Shown here one piece after another: positions 12,201 to 27,113 of a DNA stretch of 64,000 bases. The notes beneath the pieces are model-generated. The model was not told where the DNA came from. It did no database searches and was given only the letters and a program-made list of their open reading frames with translations. The stretch's first letter is position 1. Each line of letters begins with the position of its first letter. Origin of the DNA: Eledone cirrhosa (Eukaryota); assembly GCA_964016885.1 (NCBI GenBank), contig OZ024740.1:221650001-221714000 (forward strand), read 5' to 3'. The translations under genes were made by a program, and so were the position numbers.

Positions 12201-13574
12201 TGCTCCGCATAAAAAGTAACAATAGACGGAGAGATACGTGTTAAGGGTGACCGTAGATGATGGTATAATTGGACTTGTATTGATTTTATATAAAGTATTT
12301 AAGGTTTCATAATTAATTATATAATTATGAAAAAAATGAGGAAGGGGTAAAGGATGGCAGATCTGGCTGTATAGGAAAGTAAAGGAAAGGACTATAAATA
12401 CCATAAATATGAAAAGGAGAAAAAGAGCAAGGACTATTAAAACACGGAGGAGGAGGAGAGAGAGAGGGGGTGACAGGCTCTACGCCCAGGTCGGGGTGTT
12501 GTTTAACTTAGCATGGAACTAGCTTATTTTGGGGGCGTGAAGGCGTTTATTAAAGCTATAGAATAAGAATATGAAGGAATCAGTTACTTTATGGGCCAGA
12601 TATTTTAGTGCTTTTGTCAGTTATTCATTCTCCACCGGTCAAATGGTCTCCTTATGGATGCGTTCTGGGATATTTGTGTGCATGGGAACAGTAACTCCAT
12701 GATGTATGTGCTCTATTATGGCTCGTGGCAACACTGCTATCACGCCCCCTCTTTCTCTATATATATATATCTGTGTGTGTGTGTTTATAAGTATACGAGT
12801 GTATGTATGTGTGCACGTATATATTTATATGTATGTGTGTGTATGCGCGCGCGTGTGTGAAAGTTATGACAAATTATTCCAGTTATAACTACCGATTTTG
12901 AATTGGAAGCCATTTCTGTGAAATTATTAAAGTGTAAAAATATTTAAGTATTCTTCTATATACAAAAAAAAAGAAGAAAAAAGATATTATCCTTATGCAT
13001 TTCTGAGATTTTTGTTTCTTCATCACAATAAAACTAGCTTTATGGTTCTATATACAGAGGAATAGTTCTATTGCCACTAACATACGTTTACAAGTGTTTA
13101 ATCTAATTCGTAGAACGCGTATGAACTTGCGGCGTAATCGAATACTTAGTAAATATTTATTCTAGAATATAAATATTTCATGAGTCAGACGATCAGTTGA
13201 GCGGCCGACTCAATGTATATATGACGAACGAAAAGGAAATTATATTAATTGAAATTTGCCGCCTACAGCCATGGGATTAGTCTCTTGAGATGTTTCTCTT
13301 AGCGCACTTATGCTCATTTCACTGGCAAATAATCTTCTTAACTTCATTTCTTTCTACTTGCAAAGGTTAGGCTTCTCTGATGAAATGTCCAGAAAATTAA
13401 ATATATCTGTCGGTACCACCGTATGCTCGGGCCCCAAAGTCTTTAAGGAGTCGTAAAGACGCTGACATATAGTATGTTAGTGTCATGAACATTTTAGACT
13501 TAATAATGCTCATACCTCTCCGATATCTTCCAAAGTAAAAGCGAGAGAGAAAACAAGACAAAAGAAGAATCGAT

Positions 13575-13700
13575 TCTAGTACAAGACTGGTATTTTATTT
13601 ATCGACCGTTAAAAGATGAAAGGCAATGTTAACTTCGGAAGGATTTGAACTCAGATTTTAGAAAGAATGACACAATGTATTCTATCCGAGCTTTAAAAGG
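13575..13700 (-). mobile_element. SINE family 1, diverged
   Basis: ttttatttatcgaccgttaaaagatgaaaggcaatgttaacttcggaaggatttgaactcag. Confidence 0.8.
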
Positions 13701-13875
13701 TTCTGCGCATTCTCCTTACCTGCCGAACAAAGATATTTTTCATCTAAAGTGTAAAATTCCATTTTATGTGAAATTAATTTTAATTAATTGAAATTATCTC
13801 CCCTTTTGGGGAAGACGTAAATAATTAGCACTATTCTTTTTTTTTTTTTTTTTTTTTCTTCTAAGATGCTTATTA

Positions 13876-14073
13876 CGAGGGTGGGCTGAACAGAACATAG
13901 CCTAGCTATGAAGGAGTGATGCTAGAGCTATGAAATCTTACATGATTTAATTTCAAATCTTCTTGTTAATAACTGCATTGTTTCTTTCCAGGGACTTTGT
14001 TGAAAAATAAGCCTCATTTGGTCATTCCATGTGAGTATCTTAGTCAGCCTACGAACATTTCAGCCGACCCTCG
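13876..14073. mobile_element. Tc1/mariner-type MITE
   Basis: TA|cgagggtgggctgaa ... ttcagccgaccctcg|TA terminal inverted repeats (TIRs) with TA TSD; sister copy at 59275-59535. Confidence 0.8.
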
Positions 14074-14272
14074 TATAAATGTCCAACATTTTCGGGGTAC
14101 ATAACCTAAATTATGTCTCTTTGCTCACTTTTGGTAAGTATGTATGTATGAATGTATGTATGTGCACATGTATGTATACATGTTTGCATATATGCAATAA
14201 TTCTTGCATAGAGGCTTGTACGGATATATGCATGAATAAACATACATACATGCTAGCATACATACACGCGCG

Positions 14273-14318
<46 letters not shown>

Positions 14319-14387
14319 AATTATACAACTATATATATGTCTGTGAGTCTGTAGGCATGTATATATGTACGTATGTATATATGCATG

Positions 14388-14442
<55 letters not shown>

Positions 14443-15450
14443 GCATGTATGTATGTATGTATGTATGTATGTATGTATGTATGTATGTATGTAGCTAAAT
14501 ACCAGCGATATATTCAACTGGAGCCTTTTTTCTATATTTAGACAACTTTACATCATTAAGCGACCTGGGAAACAGGTGTAAAAATAAAATATTGCAAGGG
14601 ACTATAAACACAGCTTGTTATTCTCTTACTTTAGTTATTAGTGTTGCTGCTGTTGCTGCTGTTGTTGTTGTTGTTGTTGTTTTAAGAATATTACATACAG
14701 ATTTGTTGTTTGGAACATTTTACATGCCATTTCACGTAACCAGATATATTCTTTTATCTAAACAAATTTTTTTTTCCCATTTGGCAAATTGTCAGAAACT
14801 TGAACTAAATATGCTAAACAAAAATTGAAAAACAAGGTATGATTGCACTTTTGAACATAACCCTTTATGGGTTAGGTGTATCCAAAGATTCGTCTTCTAG
14901 GTTATAAGTATCTTAGATTCCTTTTCTTTAATGTCCCAGTAATAAAATACCATTATTTCTAGTTTATTAAAAGTGGTGATCTAGTATTATCATTAGGAGC
15001 GCGGAATTTTTTCTTAACCGTTTTTCTTTCACTATTCTACGTTGTCTGTTCAGATTTCGCCAAGATCAAATCAACCTTTCATCCTTTCCGGGTTGATAAA
15101 TAAAGCACCCGCCCAGGGACAGGGAGTTGGTGGAATTTTACAGTACTAGACTGGATGTTTTGCGGTGTGTATTCCAGCTTTGTGTGTTCTAAGATCAAAC
15201 CAAGCCTCATTTATCAGGAAAAGTTGTGACGCTTCAGCAAGGATTAGTGATTGGTAAATTGTATCAGCAATGGACAGACCAATGAAAATATAGTTTCCTT
15301 TGTCTGACCTGACGATTAGTCCTTCTCTTTCTTCAACGACATGTTTCAGCAGTCGCTGTATAGCCCCAAAACGGCCCCGTACGAGCAGATCTATGATTGA
15401 AAACCATTTAGGCGTTGGCCATCTCACCTTTATATATATCTAGGACATAT

Positions 15451-15790
15451 GGACGCAGGTATGGCTGCGTGTTTAAGAAGTTCACTTCATAATTATGAAG
15501 TCTCGGGTAGGATCCACTTTTGTTAGGACCTCTTTTAACACAGCCTCGGATCAACCCAAGTCTTGCGAGTGAAATTAGAATGACGGAAACTCTTTGGTAG
15601 CCCGTCAGATGGATTGTGTCTGTACTTTAGAGGTCCAGCCCTGTCACATATTATTTCATTCTGAATCAGCTTGCAAATTATGTAAAAATGAGAATGCAAG
15701 TGTTCAACCTCTTACACATTAACTCAGAAGCTAGACGTCCAGTTGATCACACGATTCGGTGATCATCACCGAGATTGACGGAAGAGCCAT
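15451..15790 (+). mobile_element. tRNA-derived SINE family 2, diverged; other copies at ~42930-43250, ~45512-45800 and ~51215-51530
   Basis: Shared blocks ttgtgagtgaaatt(t)ggtagacggaaact, cagccttgtcacac...ctgaat and ctcagccactt. Confidence 0.7.
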
Positions 15791-16354
15791 CAATATATCT
15801 TCGAATATATTGTTCAATATATCCCGTTTTTCATTGAAAGCGTGCCTTCCTTTCAACTGTTATGTTTTGTTTCCATTTACATCACTTTGCCATCGCCACA
15901 GCCTGATGCATTAGCAAAAGTGAAGTCATTTGACGGAATGACAAGCAAGTAGAACAGCAAGCAGTATTGCCTGCATGAAGGAAGCATGGATAATTACCTA
16001 GCGCATCCTTATCTTAATTTAACCCTATCATCTTTTCATTCTAGGGATATAAAACCGTGCAAAACACGCTGACACCATCTGTCAATATATCCGCTAGATA
16101 ATATAAATGGACAGGAAGGGAATATGACCTCTGAGTCACTGCCGGTTAGATAACCAAGCCAGAGGTTGATCATTGAATATACATTTGCAGTTTAGACAAT
16201 ACACAGGTAATGTCTCTGCTTCAGGTTACATATATGTCGGCAGTCGATCGACAAGATCGCTTAGAGAGTAGGGTGGAGCTCGTAAAATCGGACCGAAGAA
16301 ACAATGTTTCCATTGGTCTTTCCAATTTCTAATACTATCTATCTGTCGCAACTC

Positions 16355-16480
16355 CAGGTAGAAGGAGCAACGTGAAATAAACTGTCTTGCTCAAGGACAT
16401 AACGCATCGCCCGGTCCGGGAATCGAACTCACAACCTCACGATTATGAATCCAATTCTCTAACCACTCAGCCACGCGCCT
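16355..16480 (-). mobile_element. tRNA-derived SINE head (family 3); related copies at ~39400-39670 (-) and ~57465-57581 (+)
   Basis: Minus strand shows A box gtggctgagtggttag, B box gagttcgattccc, then tgtccttgagcaagac. Confidence 0.8.
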
Positions 16481-16500
16481 TCTCTCTCTCTCACACACAC

Positions 16501-16630
<130 letters not shown>

Positions 16631-16736
16631 CACTCTCAAGCGTGGACCTAATACTAACACTGTTGTACTGCACTCTTCGTTATTGTTTTTGTTTTTTGTT
16701 TTTTTAACTTATATATATATATATATGTATATATAT

Positions 16737-17035
16737 TCTAGGGCGGGTAAAATTCCCGAGATCCATGGACGAGTTCTCTCCAGCGGTCTCTGTCCCTCAT
16801 TATCGCTGCCATGTCCTGCGTCTCCAACAGACTAGTGTCTGTCCTTAGGGCATCAACATACGTTAACCTTGGTCTTCCTCTTCCAGTGTGTCCATGTAGG
16901 GGCTCCCACAGGAGCACTGAGTGCAATGTCTACTCTGGATGTCGGTGAGCATGTCCAGCTAACCTCAGTCTCCTCTGTGTCACTTTTGAGCTGACTTTTG
17001 GGAGGCTGCCATACAGCTCTGAGTTTTTCATCCTC
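16737..17035 (-). mobile_element. RTE-like LINE 3' end
   Basis: RRLRLAGHAHRH...VLLWEPLHGHTGRGRPRLTYVDALRTDT...DRDRWRELV. Confidence 0.85.
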
Positions 17036-17039
17036 AGTG

Positions 17040-17650
17040 GAGGATTAGTAACAACGTCCCAGTGCGAAAGAAGGAAGATCTCTCTAACACCAACAACTAC
17101 AGGGGGATATCACTGACGTCACTTGTGGCAAAGACCCTCAACAGGATGATTCTTAACAGGATCCAGCCTGAGATGGAGAAGAAGCTCAGGGACAACCAGA
17201 ACGGTTTCAGAGAGGGTAGATCAACCACCAGTCACATCCTGATGCTGAGGAAGATATTAGAGGGAGCTAGAGCCAAGTGCCTTCCTGCGGTCATGGTTTT
17301 CATTGACTTTAGGAAGGCCTTTCATTCTGTGGACCGTCACTGCCCGATGAAGATCTTACAGGCTTATGGAATCCCCAAGAAGATAGTGGACCTGATATCA
17401 CTGCTCTACACCAACACCAAAGCCCGTCATTACACCTGATGGGATGACAGAGTTCTTTGAGATACTGGCTGGAGTGCTCCAGGGAGATACATTGGCTCCC
17501 TACCTTTTTATCATCGTAGTGGACTATTGTATGCGCCTTGCACTGGAGAAACACCGGGACTCTGGCTTTACTGTAGCACCGGCTCAGAGCAGGAGAGTTA
17601 AGGCTAAACAGATATCGGATGCTGAATTTGCCGACGACATAGTTTTGGTG

Positions 17651-17652
<2 letters not shown>
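17040..17652 (+). mobile_element. LINE reverse transcriptase fragment (domains ~0-5), frameshifted
   Basis: KKEDLSNTNNYRGISLTS, QNGFREGRST, FIDFRKAF, GVLQGDTLAPYLF, FADDIVL. Confidence 0.95.
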
Positions 17653-17696
<44 letters not shown>

Positions 17697-18416
17697 ATAT
17701 TAAATAAATGGAAACTATATTTATAAAACCATATTTATTCTATTATATATATCTCAAGGGTACCAAAACTTTGGTACTCACTCATCAGATAAAATACAAA
17801 GTTTGTTTTATAAATATTGACATAACTAGGAAGAAGATCTTAACCGTTCAAGTTTTTCCTGGATAGTAATGGAAAGAAGGGAATGAGAAGAAAAGTAAAA
17901 TATTTCAAATTATTAAGATGATTATGCAAATGAGGTTGAGGCATCGGGCTGAAAAAAAAACGTTATTTTTAGACGCTAGGTAGATTAAAATAATTATTAG
18001 GATATATGTATGTATAAGTAGGAACAAGAAAGAGAAAGAAAGAAGAGCTTTTATTTACGTTAATTTAAAAAGAATTAAAGGTCTGTAGGAATGGTGGAAT
18101 ATGATTCCAGAATTTAAAACATTTATTTAGCTATATTATGAGTTATAATATTGTATATATAATCAATTAGATTATATGAAGAATTATGGTTGTAAGTACA
18201 TTTTATCTTATTACATTACAACAGGTTGTAAGTATATAAATATCTATACAGATTAAAATTGTGCATGTATAAGTATAAATATCCCTTTTGCTTATATATA
18301 TATATATATATTAATAAGAGGAATTCCAACTTTGTCTGATTTACTCGTTTTATTTACAATCCTTTAAAATTTATAATGGTATTATAATGAAATAGTATGA
18401 TAGAATATTAAATCTT

Positions 18417-18550
18417 AAGTGTTAATTGAACAAGTACTTTCATGCTTTCGCAATCTTCAGGTTCATAATGTGATTGCAAACTTGACTGTCACCACACATT
18501 ATGAACCTGAAGATTGCGAAAGCATGAAAGTACTTGTTCAATTAACACTT
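18417..18550. ncRNA. Palindrome of two identical minimal HHRs (18427-18465 -, 18502-18540 +), family G
   Basis: TGAAC CTGAAGA T TGC-GAAA-GCA T GAAA G-TA-C TT GTTCA; 56-bp perfect arms with a 22-bp spacer. Confidence 0.75.
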
Positions 18551-18578
18551 CTATACACAATCATACCCACCCGTGTAT

Positions 18579-19184
<606 letters not shown>

Positions 19185-19489
19185 AGAGAGAGAGAGAGAT
19201 TGATACGAGAGATGCTTACCAGGAATAGAAGAAATTGTCAGAAAATTGTCTTCCGTTGAAGTGAATGTAAATTCCATCCAAAGCACAGGTGTAAAACAAG
19301 CTGTTGAAGTTCGCTGTAATGACATTCACCAAAGAAGTCTCCAAAGTGGGAAGATGCTCAGAATCTCTAAGGATACTAGATTCAAATTATAAAGTTTTAT
19401 TATTATACATTTTTAACCCAAGTGATAAGCAGCGTTTTTTTACTTCTTCTGACAATTATATTCATTCACATATGCACACACTCACACAA

Positions 19490-19575
<86 letters not shown>

Positions 19576-19699
19576 ACACACTCACACACACACACATACA
19601 CACACACACTCATTATATATATATGTATGCGTGTGCGTGTACACCCCCCCACACACATACATATACATATATATCCATATATGTATATATTTTTAATCT

Positions 19700-19990
19700 T
19701 TTACTTATTCCAGCCGACGCGCCGAGGCCATGCTGGGGCACTGCCATTGTTGCTACATTTTCTATAGCCGTCCTTCCCTCGACTGAGTTGGGGTTTTAGC
19801 AAAATTTTGAGATGCTTCTTGAAAACATCTACATCTACCCCATGGTAACACTCTGGAGTTTTCAGCAACTTATAAAAGAGCTGGGGGTACTTGAACCTCA
19901 ATATATTTTAGTATCTGGTCTTGACTCTAGATGTGGAGCATAAGATCTTTGGCATTACGCATTGTCGTCCTGCTTGGTGATTGACCTATA
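19700..19990 (-). mobile_element. CR1-like LINE 3' end fragment
   Basis: PQLFYKLLK...HGVDVDVFKKHL resembles the GPxLFNxLP...FKxxLD terminal motif. Confidence 0.6.
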
Positions 19991-20035
19991 TCTCATTGCC
20001 AAAGTTTGTTGCTAGTCCCTCTCAGAACTTCCATG

Positions 20036-20125
<90 letters not shown>

Positions 20126-20198
20126 TATAAATATATATATTTATATATATGTATATATATATATATATATAAATATATATATTTATATATATGTATAT

Positions 20199-20760
<562 letters not shown>

Positions 20761-20788
20761 AAGAGTTATACTTGTGCACGTGCGTAAG

Positions 20789-20869
<81 letters not shown>

Positions 20870-21320
20870 CATACATAAATACGTGTATACATGTTCTAAC
20901 TACCCACAGAATATGTGAACACCGTTTTTTAATACTTGATAAGATTGTCTACTCATATAGAAACCGGTAATATTTGACAAAATTTAAATTTATTTAATAT
21001 AACGATTGTAGAAATATTCAATCCGTCGGATTAAAGAAAAATATAATCTTTAAATATATCCCTGTGCTTTTTCAATTTTGAATTTTACTTTATGTTCTCA
21101 GCGTTTTTTTTCTTCCTTTTTCCCCTTCTGTTTAATTTTTGCTCTCTCCTTTTTTCCTCCCTCAATAACTTCCACAAGTTATTGACGCACATATGTCTTT
21201 AATGCGTTCAAATGTCCGTGATCCTCAGCAAACAACTGATGAAGGGACTGTCTCCCGTTTGTGCTTTCCTTTTATTTTTAAATACACTTTACCAAGTAAC
21301 CACATAGCTCACCATTTCTT

Positions 21321-21660
<340 letters not shown>

Positions 21661-21696
21661 AATATGTATATACTAAAAACATTTTATATATATATA

Positions 21697-22004
21697 TATA
21701 TTGAAAGAGTGAAGAATAACATGGTCGGCTGTACAAAAAGGGTTTTATTTACAGTCTTAATAATTGTTTCACTGATTAAGTTGTCAAAAAATTGCTGAAC
21801 ACTTGAAGCTGTGCCACTCAATTTTAAATACGTTGTTGGCTTCACCAGATCTGGTGAAGCCAACAACGTATTTAAAATTGAGTGTCACAGCTTCTAGTGT
21901 TCAGCAATTTTTAGACAACTTAATCAGTGAAACAATTATTAAGACTGTAAATAAAACCCCCATTTTTGTACTGCTGACCATGTTATTCTTCACTCTTTCA
22001 ATAT
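21697..22004. repeat. Spacer-less palindrome (~150-bp arms) centred on AGATCT at 21847-21852
   Basis: ...ggcttcaccagatctggtgaagcc...; arms differ by several substitutions and indels. Confidence 0.9.
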
Positions 22005-22176
22005 TATTACTCCAAGATAAACTTACATAGGAATGTAAGAGAACTCATAAACTCGCTACCTACTGAAACCTCTTGTTGAGTCAAACAACGCCGTACGCTA
22101 AAACTATCTACAATACGAAGTATTCACAACCTCTAACTGGATTACCTATAACGATATTTTGTTATCCCTTATATAT

Positions 22177-22262
<86 letters not shown>

Positions 22263-22857
22263 GTTGCTCTCTCTTCGCTTCGTTTCACAGTCACCTACCT
22301 AATCATAATTTCAGATGTCTGTAAAAAATTAGATAGTATGAGTTTTGGGCCGCTGCTGATTCAATCGACTTTGTTCCTGCCACCTTACAAATGTGTAGCC
22401 TTGTGCAAAAATGTAAGTGATATTGATTACCTGTGTTATCTATATACACAATTATAATCGTGTCAAACATGAAATATTTCCATCTTCTGGTCGACTTCTC
22501 ACCAGAAATAGTTATCAATTGGCAGTTACCACTATTGATTATACAAGAGGAAATGGCAGTTGTAATTTACATCCTATTCCTAAAGCAACACAAATGATAG
22601 AGTTCAGGCTTGGAATCTAAACTGGATCGACAAGAAATTACATTCATTCTATGGCGTCTGTAACCTATCGACTATGTAGGTTACAGTCATTCATTTTAGT
22701 CGAACATACGACGTTTAATAAATAAGTTTATCGACATTTTCTAAACAGCAAGTGAATCTCTCTCCGGTTAGTGACATCAATCTATCTAAAAATAAAAAAA
22801 TAAAATATTGAATGCTGAAATTTTTAAATATTTCCATACAAGTAGTTATGAAATTAA

Positions 22858-22978
22858 TTGTTTCTAATTTAGGCACAAGGCCAGCAATTAACCAGTGCAT
22901 TACTGGTACTTTATTTTATCGACCCCGTAAGGATGAAAGGCAAAGTCAACCTCGGCGGGATTTGAACTCAGATCGTAG
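22858..22978 (-). mobile_element. SINE family 1 with an 18-bp TSD
   Basis: agtagttatgaaattaat on both sides. Confidence 0.9.
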
Positions 22979-24054
22979 AGTAGTTATGAAATTAATGCTT
23001 ATTTTATAGTTATTATTTTCTAAAATATTCGGAAGTCCACACGTTGGAGGGATGGCATAGTCAATTAAGATGACTCCAATATTTTACTGGTACTTTATTT
23101 TATCGACCTAGAAGGAGGAAAAATATATTCTATTCTTTGCTGTTTCTGACAGTTTTTGTCCTTTTAAAGAATATGTGAACCATAAAGAAATGGAAATGGT
23201 ACCAACTTCTCGAAACCAGGTCTGACCTTTAGAGTTTAACTCCACCAGAGGTGGGACAGTAGTCTCCGGACTTAGTTAAAACGGACGTAACATTTCTTCT
23301 AACCTATAATGCGTGTTAATTAAGGTTGGGGCGCCAAAAGTTTTTTGTCCACGGGATCTGAGAGCCCTCTCTGCGCGACTAATGTCAACACTTACTTTCA
23401 AAATGAAGAAGAAAGTATATCGTTTAGTTTGTAATTTCTATCGCAAAACCTCATATCTATGTAAATCATTGGATTCGGAAGTTGAAGAAATCAGTACTCA
23501 GACAAGGGTGTAGATTATGTCCCTCTCTCCCCATCTCCATTTCATTCGTTGCTTCATTATCTCTTTTCTTTTCTTCTTATCCTTTTCTTTTTTGTTTCAT
23601 TTAAATATTGTTTTTTTTTTTGTTAAACAATACTGAACAGGAAGACAAGAATAGTTTCACCGGTAAACCTTATATGTTGTGTGTTAAATTCATACCAATA
23701 ATGCTTTCACCAACAAGTGGATATTTTATTCTACTACAAGGGACTTCACCGGAATAGTTTATACCAGAGGTGGGGACCCTTATTACCATTAGAGGCCACA
23801 TTTAAATTAGGCAGTAATAAAGGAGACCGCATAAGTTGATATACCTATAAATGCGACTTTGGTGAAATTATTATAGTTTTTGTATAGTTTTATAGTAATT
23901 TATTTATTATTTAACATAAAAAGTTACAATATAAAATATTTTTGTATTCACATAATTATAAAGAAATACAATAGAAAAATAATAATATTAAGTTAAAAAA
24001 ACTAACATAGAAACAATACGTAAAATAATTTTAAAATCCGATGGAAAATTCAAG

Positions 24055-25856
24055 TTAGTGGGATATTTGCATTTGTTTCTTGCTTGAAAGTAATTGAATA
24101 TTTGGATCAAGCTTCGTAATGCGCAGCCTTAATTGATCCTCTAAATGAGCATCTGTGGTTTGCGTTCTTAAAGTAGTTTTAATTTTTATCATGAGAGAAA
24201 ATGTTGACTCGCAGCAGTAAGTACTTCCAAAGCAGGAAAGTAAACGGCGTGCATGCTCTCGTAGGCGTGGATATTCAACAGCATTTGACCAGATTTCTAT
24301 GGGATCCTTTTAGCGTCAAAAACGGATTTGAAGATACTATCTTCGCCTAACTCAAAAAACTCAACTTGTAGTTCCGTAGGAGCCTCGGATATATATACTA
24401 AATGTGGTTCAAATACCAGTTTCATAGCAGGTGTGTGTTCGTCAAAATCTGAAAATCCTTCAGTATATTCTTCTATTAAAGAATCCAAGACACCTACATA
24501 TTCATCGAATATTTTATTTTCACATTTTTGCTCATTCAACATTTTTGCTAGCTCCGGGAAGTGTTCTGTAGATATATCCGTGCGAGAGAGTAATGGTTTG
24601 AAAAATGTTAATTTTTTTCGAAACGCTTGGATCTTTTGCCACATTTCATATATATGCTTCGTTTTACCGTGCAGGCAAATATTTAAATTGTCTTGTTTTG
24701 TCTTGATATCAGACAAAAATGCAATGTTTCTGCAAAATGCTTCAGCTGATAGATCACAAAGTTTTCCTTGTTCTTGATAAAAGTTTAAAATTTGTCGTCG
24801 TAAAGTTAAAACTTTTATCAAAACCTGTCCTGTTGATAGTCAGCGAACCTTCCAGTAGTACGGTAGATCAACACTGTACGTTTCCTCGTCTAAAGATAGC
24901 ATCTGCCTAAATTCACGATGACAAATTGCATTAACGCGAATATGGTTGACAATTGCAATTGCTCTATCCAGAGCGTCTTGCAAAATGGTGGATTTTGCGC
25001 AAAAATTTTGCTGATGCAAAATGCAGTGAAATGATATCAATTTTTTCAAGTTTAAGTTTTCCTTTTTTAATAAAGCAACGAATCCTTCTTTTTTACCTTT
25101 CATAGAGGGTGCGCCATCGGTGCAGACACTGACTAAATTACTGACATTTAATTGTAATCGATGACATACCTCTCTGAAGTTTTCAAAAATGTCAACTTCA
25201 CGAGTTCTTCCAGTTAGTGTACCCAGCGCAAGAAGTTCTTCGTAACACTGAAAATCTTTAGTTACAGCACGAATAAAATATAAAACTTGCGCCAAGTCAG
25301 TTTTATCACTGCTTTCATCCAAAGCAATTGAAAAATAAACATCTTCATTTTGTATAATTATACGAAGTTGCTCTGATACATTTTGAGCTAATTCGTGCTG
25401 TCGATCTGTTATAGTTCTTCTTGAAAGAGGAAATTGTTTGTATTTATCAACTTTTTCTGGATCTATCATACCCACTGCTTCAACAATACATTCTTTAATT
25501 ATTTCTATATCAGTAAATGGTTTGCCTCTTTTTCCAAGTATATGTGCTATTTTGTAAGTAACATCAACTGCAGTGGAATTATTCTCCACAAAAGCACTAA
25601 AAGACGAGATGATGCTTTTCATTTTTCAATTTTTGAAGTGCAGTTTGTCGAGATTCACCTTCTAAATTGAAATATTTATGTTCTTTATGAGTCAAATAGT
25701 GTTTATTTGCATTCGCTTTTTCAAAGTAGTTAAAACTGTATTGCACAACAAACACACCATTTTATCTTTCACACAAGTAAAGAAAAAATCTAACTCCCAC
25801 TGTACATTAAATGTTCTGTTTTCTTCATTTACTTTTCTTCTCTTACAATTTGACAT
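24055..25856 (-). pseudogene. hAT (Buster/Charlie, GTF2IRD2/SPIN-like) transposase, full span but frameshifted; one terminus at ~23765
   Basis: N-terminal MSNCKRRKVNEENRTFNVQWELDFFF..VCLLC; FSIALDESSD; VCTDGAPSMKG; FHCILHQQ; C-terminal FGSTYCCESTFS dimerisation motif; terminus CAGAGGTGGGGA preceded by gttTAtac. Confidence 0.92.
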
Positions 25857-25947
25857 GATGGAGTAAAAACAAATATCAAATAATATCTTTAAGAAAGCGT
25901 ATACTTGCTAGCAATACAATAACACCGAATACTAGTAAAACCACCAA

Positions 25948-26617
25948 TCTATATTATATATTAAAAAGTTTGGAGAATAATTTATTTGTGAAGACGGTCG
26001 TGTACACAAAAAATGAGTAGATTGGTAAAAAAATTCACGATTTTGATTGGTCAGTTAATGCTTTAAAATGGCTTTCCTTTTTACCCTTTTTCCCGGTAAA
26101 TATATGAATGTCTCCTTTATGTTTTGTATAAATGAATTTCTAACAAATAATTTTATTTGTAGTTAAACAAATTATGTCTTTTGTAGTTTTTGATTTATTT
26201 GTTGCTATGTTGCTGTTACACTGCCTTTTACTTTTTCTAGACTACCTGTCCGACTGGCTTTTGCGATGACTGGCTTTTGCGATGAGTGCCAACAAATCAA
26301 TGTCAAACTCTTAGCAAAATTGGCATCTCTCTCCCAACTCCTTTCTTTACACATGGCCAATTATACGTTACTTTATCAAGGACACAAAATGGACCATCAT
26401 CTATTATAACTATGTCTAGAAAAGTACGAAACGTAGTCTATAATTCTGTTTTTCAAAATCATAATTTTTCCTATTTTACATTAATATAATACTATGTGTG
26501 TACTTTTAATTTCGATACAATAAATTGGTCTTTAATTGGTTAATTTAACCAATCAATATCTATTTGATTTTTAACATATTTTTATTCATCACGCACAAAG
26601 AGCGGGTAACTTACTCG
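25948..26617 (+). mobile_element. Non-autonomous Helitron retaining a PIF1-helicase C-terminal fragment
   Basis: A|TCTATATTATATATTAAAA start; 3' hairpin cacgcacaaagagcggg then CTCG|T (CTAG variant); RLPVRLAFAM...CQTLSKIGISLPTPFFTHGQLYVTLSR. Confidence 0.85.
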
Positions 26618-27113
26618 TTAATTAAAACAATAATAACTAGATTTTCACTATGGCCGGTAGCAATACGAGAGGTGACTGTCACAAGCACGTTACAAGATTG
26701 ACAAATGACAAGTCACAAGCGTCTTTTTAGAACAGCCAATTGTAGAACGCCACCTGGCATTCTACAATTGGCTATTACTTCCAGTAGTCACTGAAACTTA
26801 CATTCATACCGTTCTTATTTAATTCCATTAATTTTGAAATTGTCGTAATCTAAATGATAAATTATTAATTAATACAAGAGCTTATGACATTGATGTGCAC
26901 ATCATGGAGTTTTAAATTTTCTGATGTTATTGGGAATCAATCGCCTTCATATGTATTAGTCGTGAAGATGACTGGAGCTAAATGTTTGGGGTTTTCCGAC
27001 ATTATTCGTATAATAGACCATTAAACTAGCCAACGAGAAAGTCTCCTTGTGGTCACTCAATCTGCTAAAATTAACAGCCAAATATCCTCAAACGACATCT
27101 CATTATTTTGAAA

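Noticed and set aside
13377-13400. CTGATGA...GAAA motif
   Set aside because: No stem pairing; likely chance
16415-16480. tRNA gene
   Set aside because: A and B boxes are present but run into a SINE body shared with other copies, and no clean cloverleaf is seen
21236-21262. Hammerhead (CTGATGA AGGGA-CTGTC-TCCC G)
   Set aside because: GAAA and stems I/III are missing; at most a truncated remnant
23245-23260. Second hAT TIR (cagaggtggga)
   Set aside because: Same orientation as the 23765 terminus and no matching TSD
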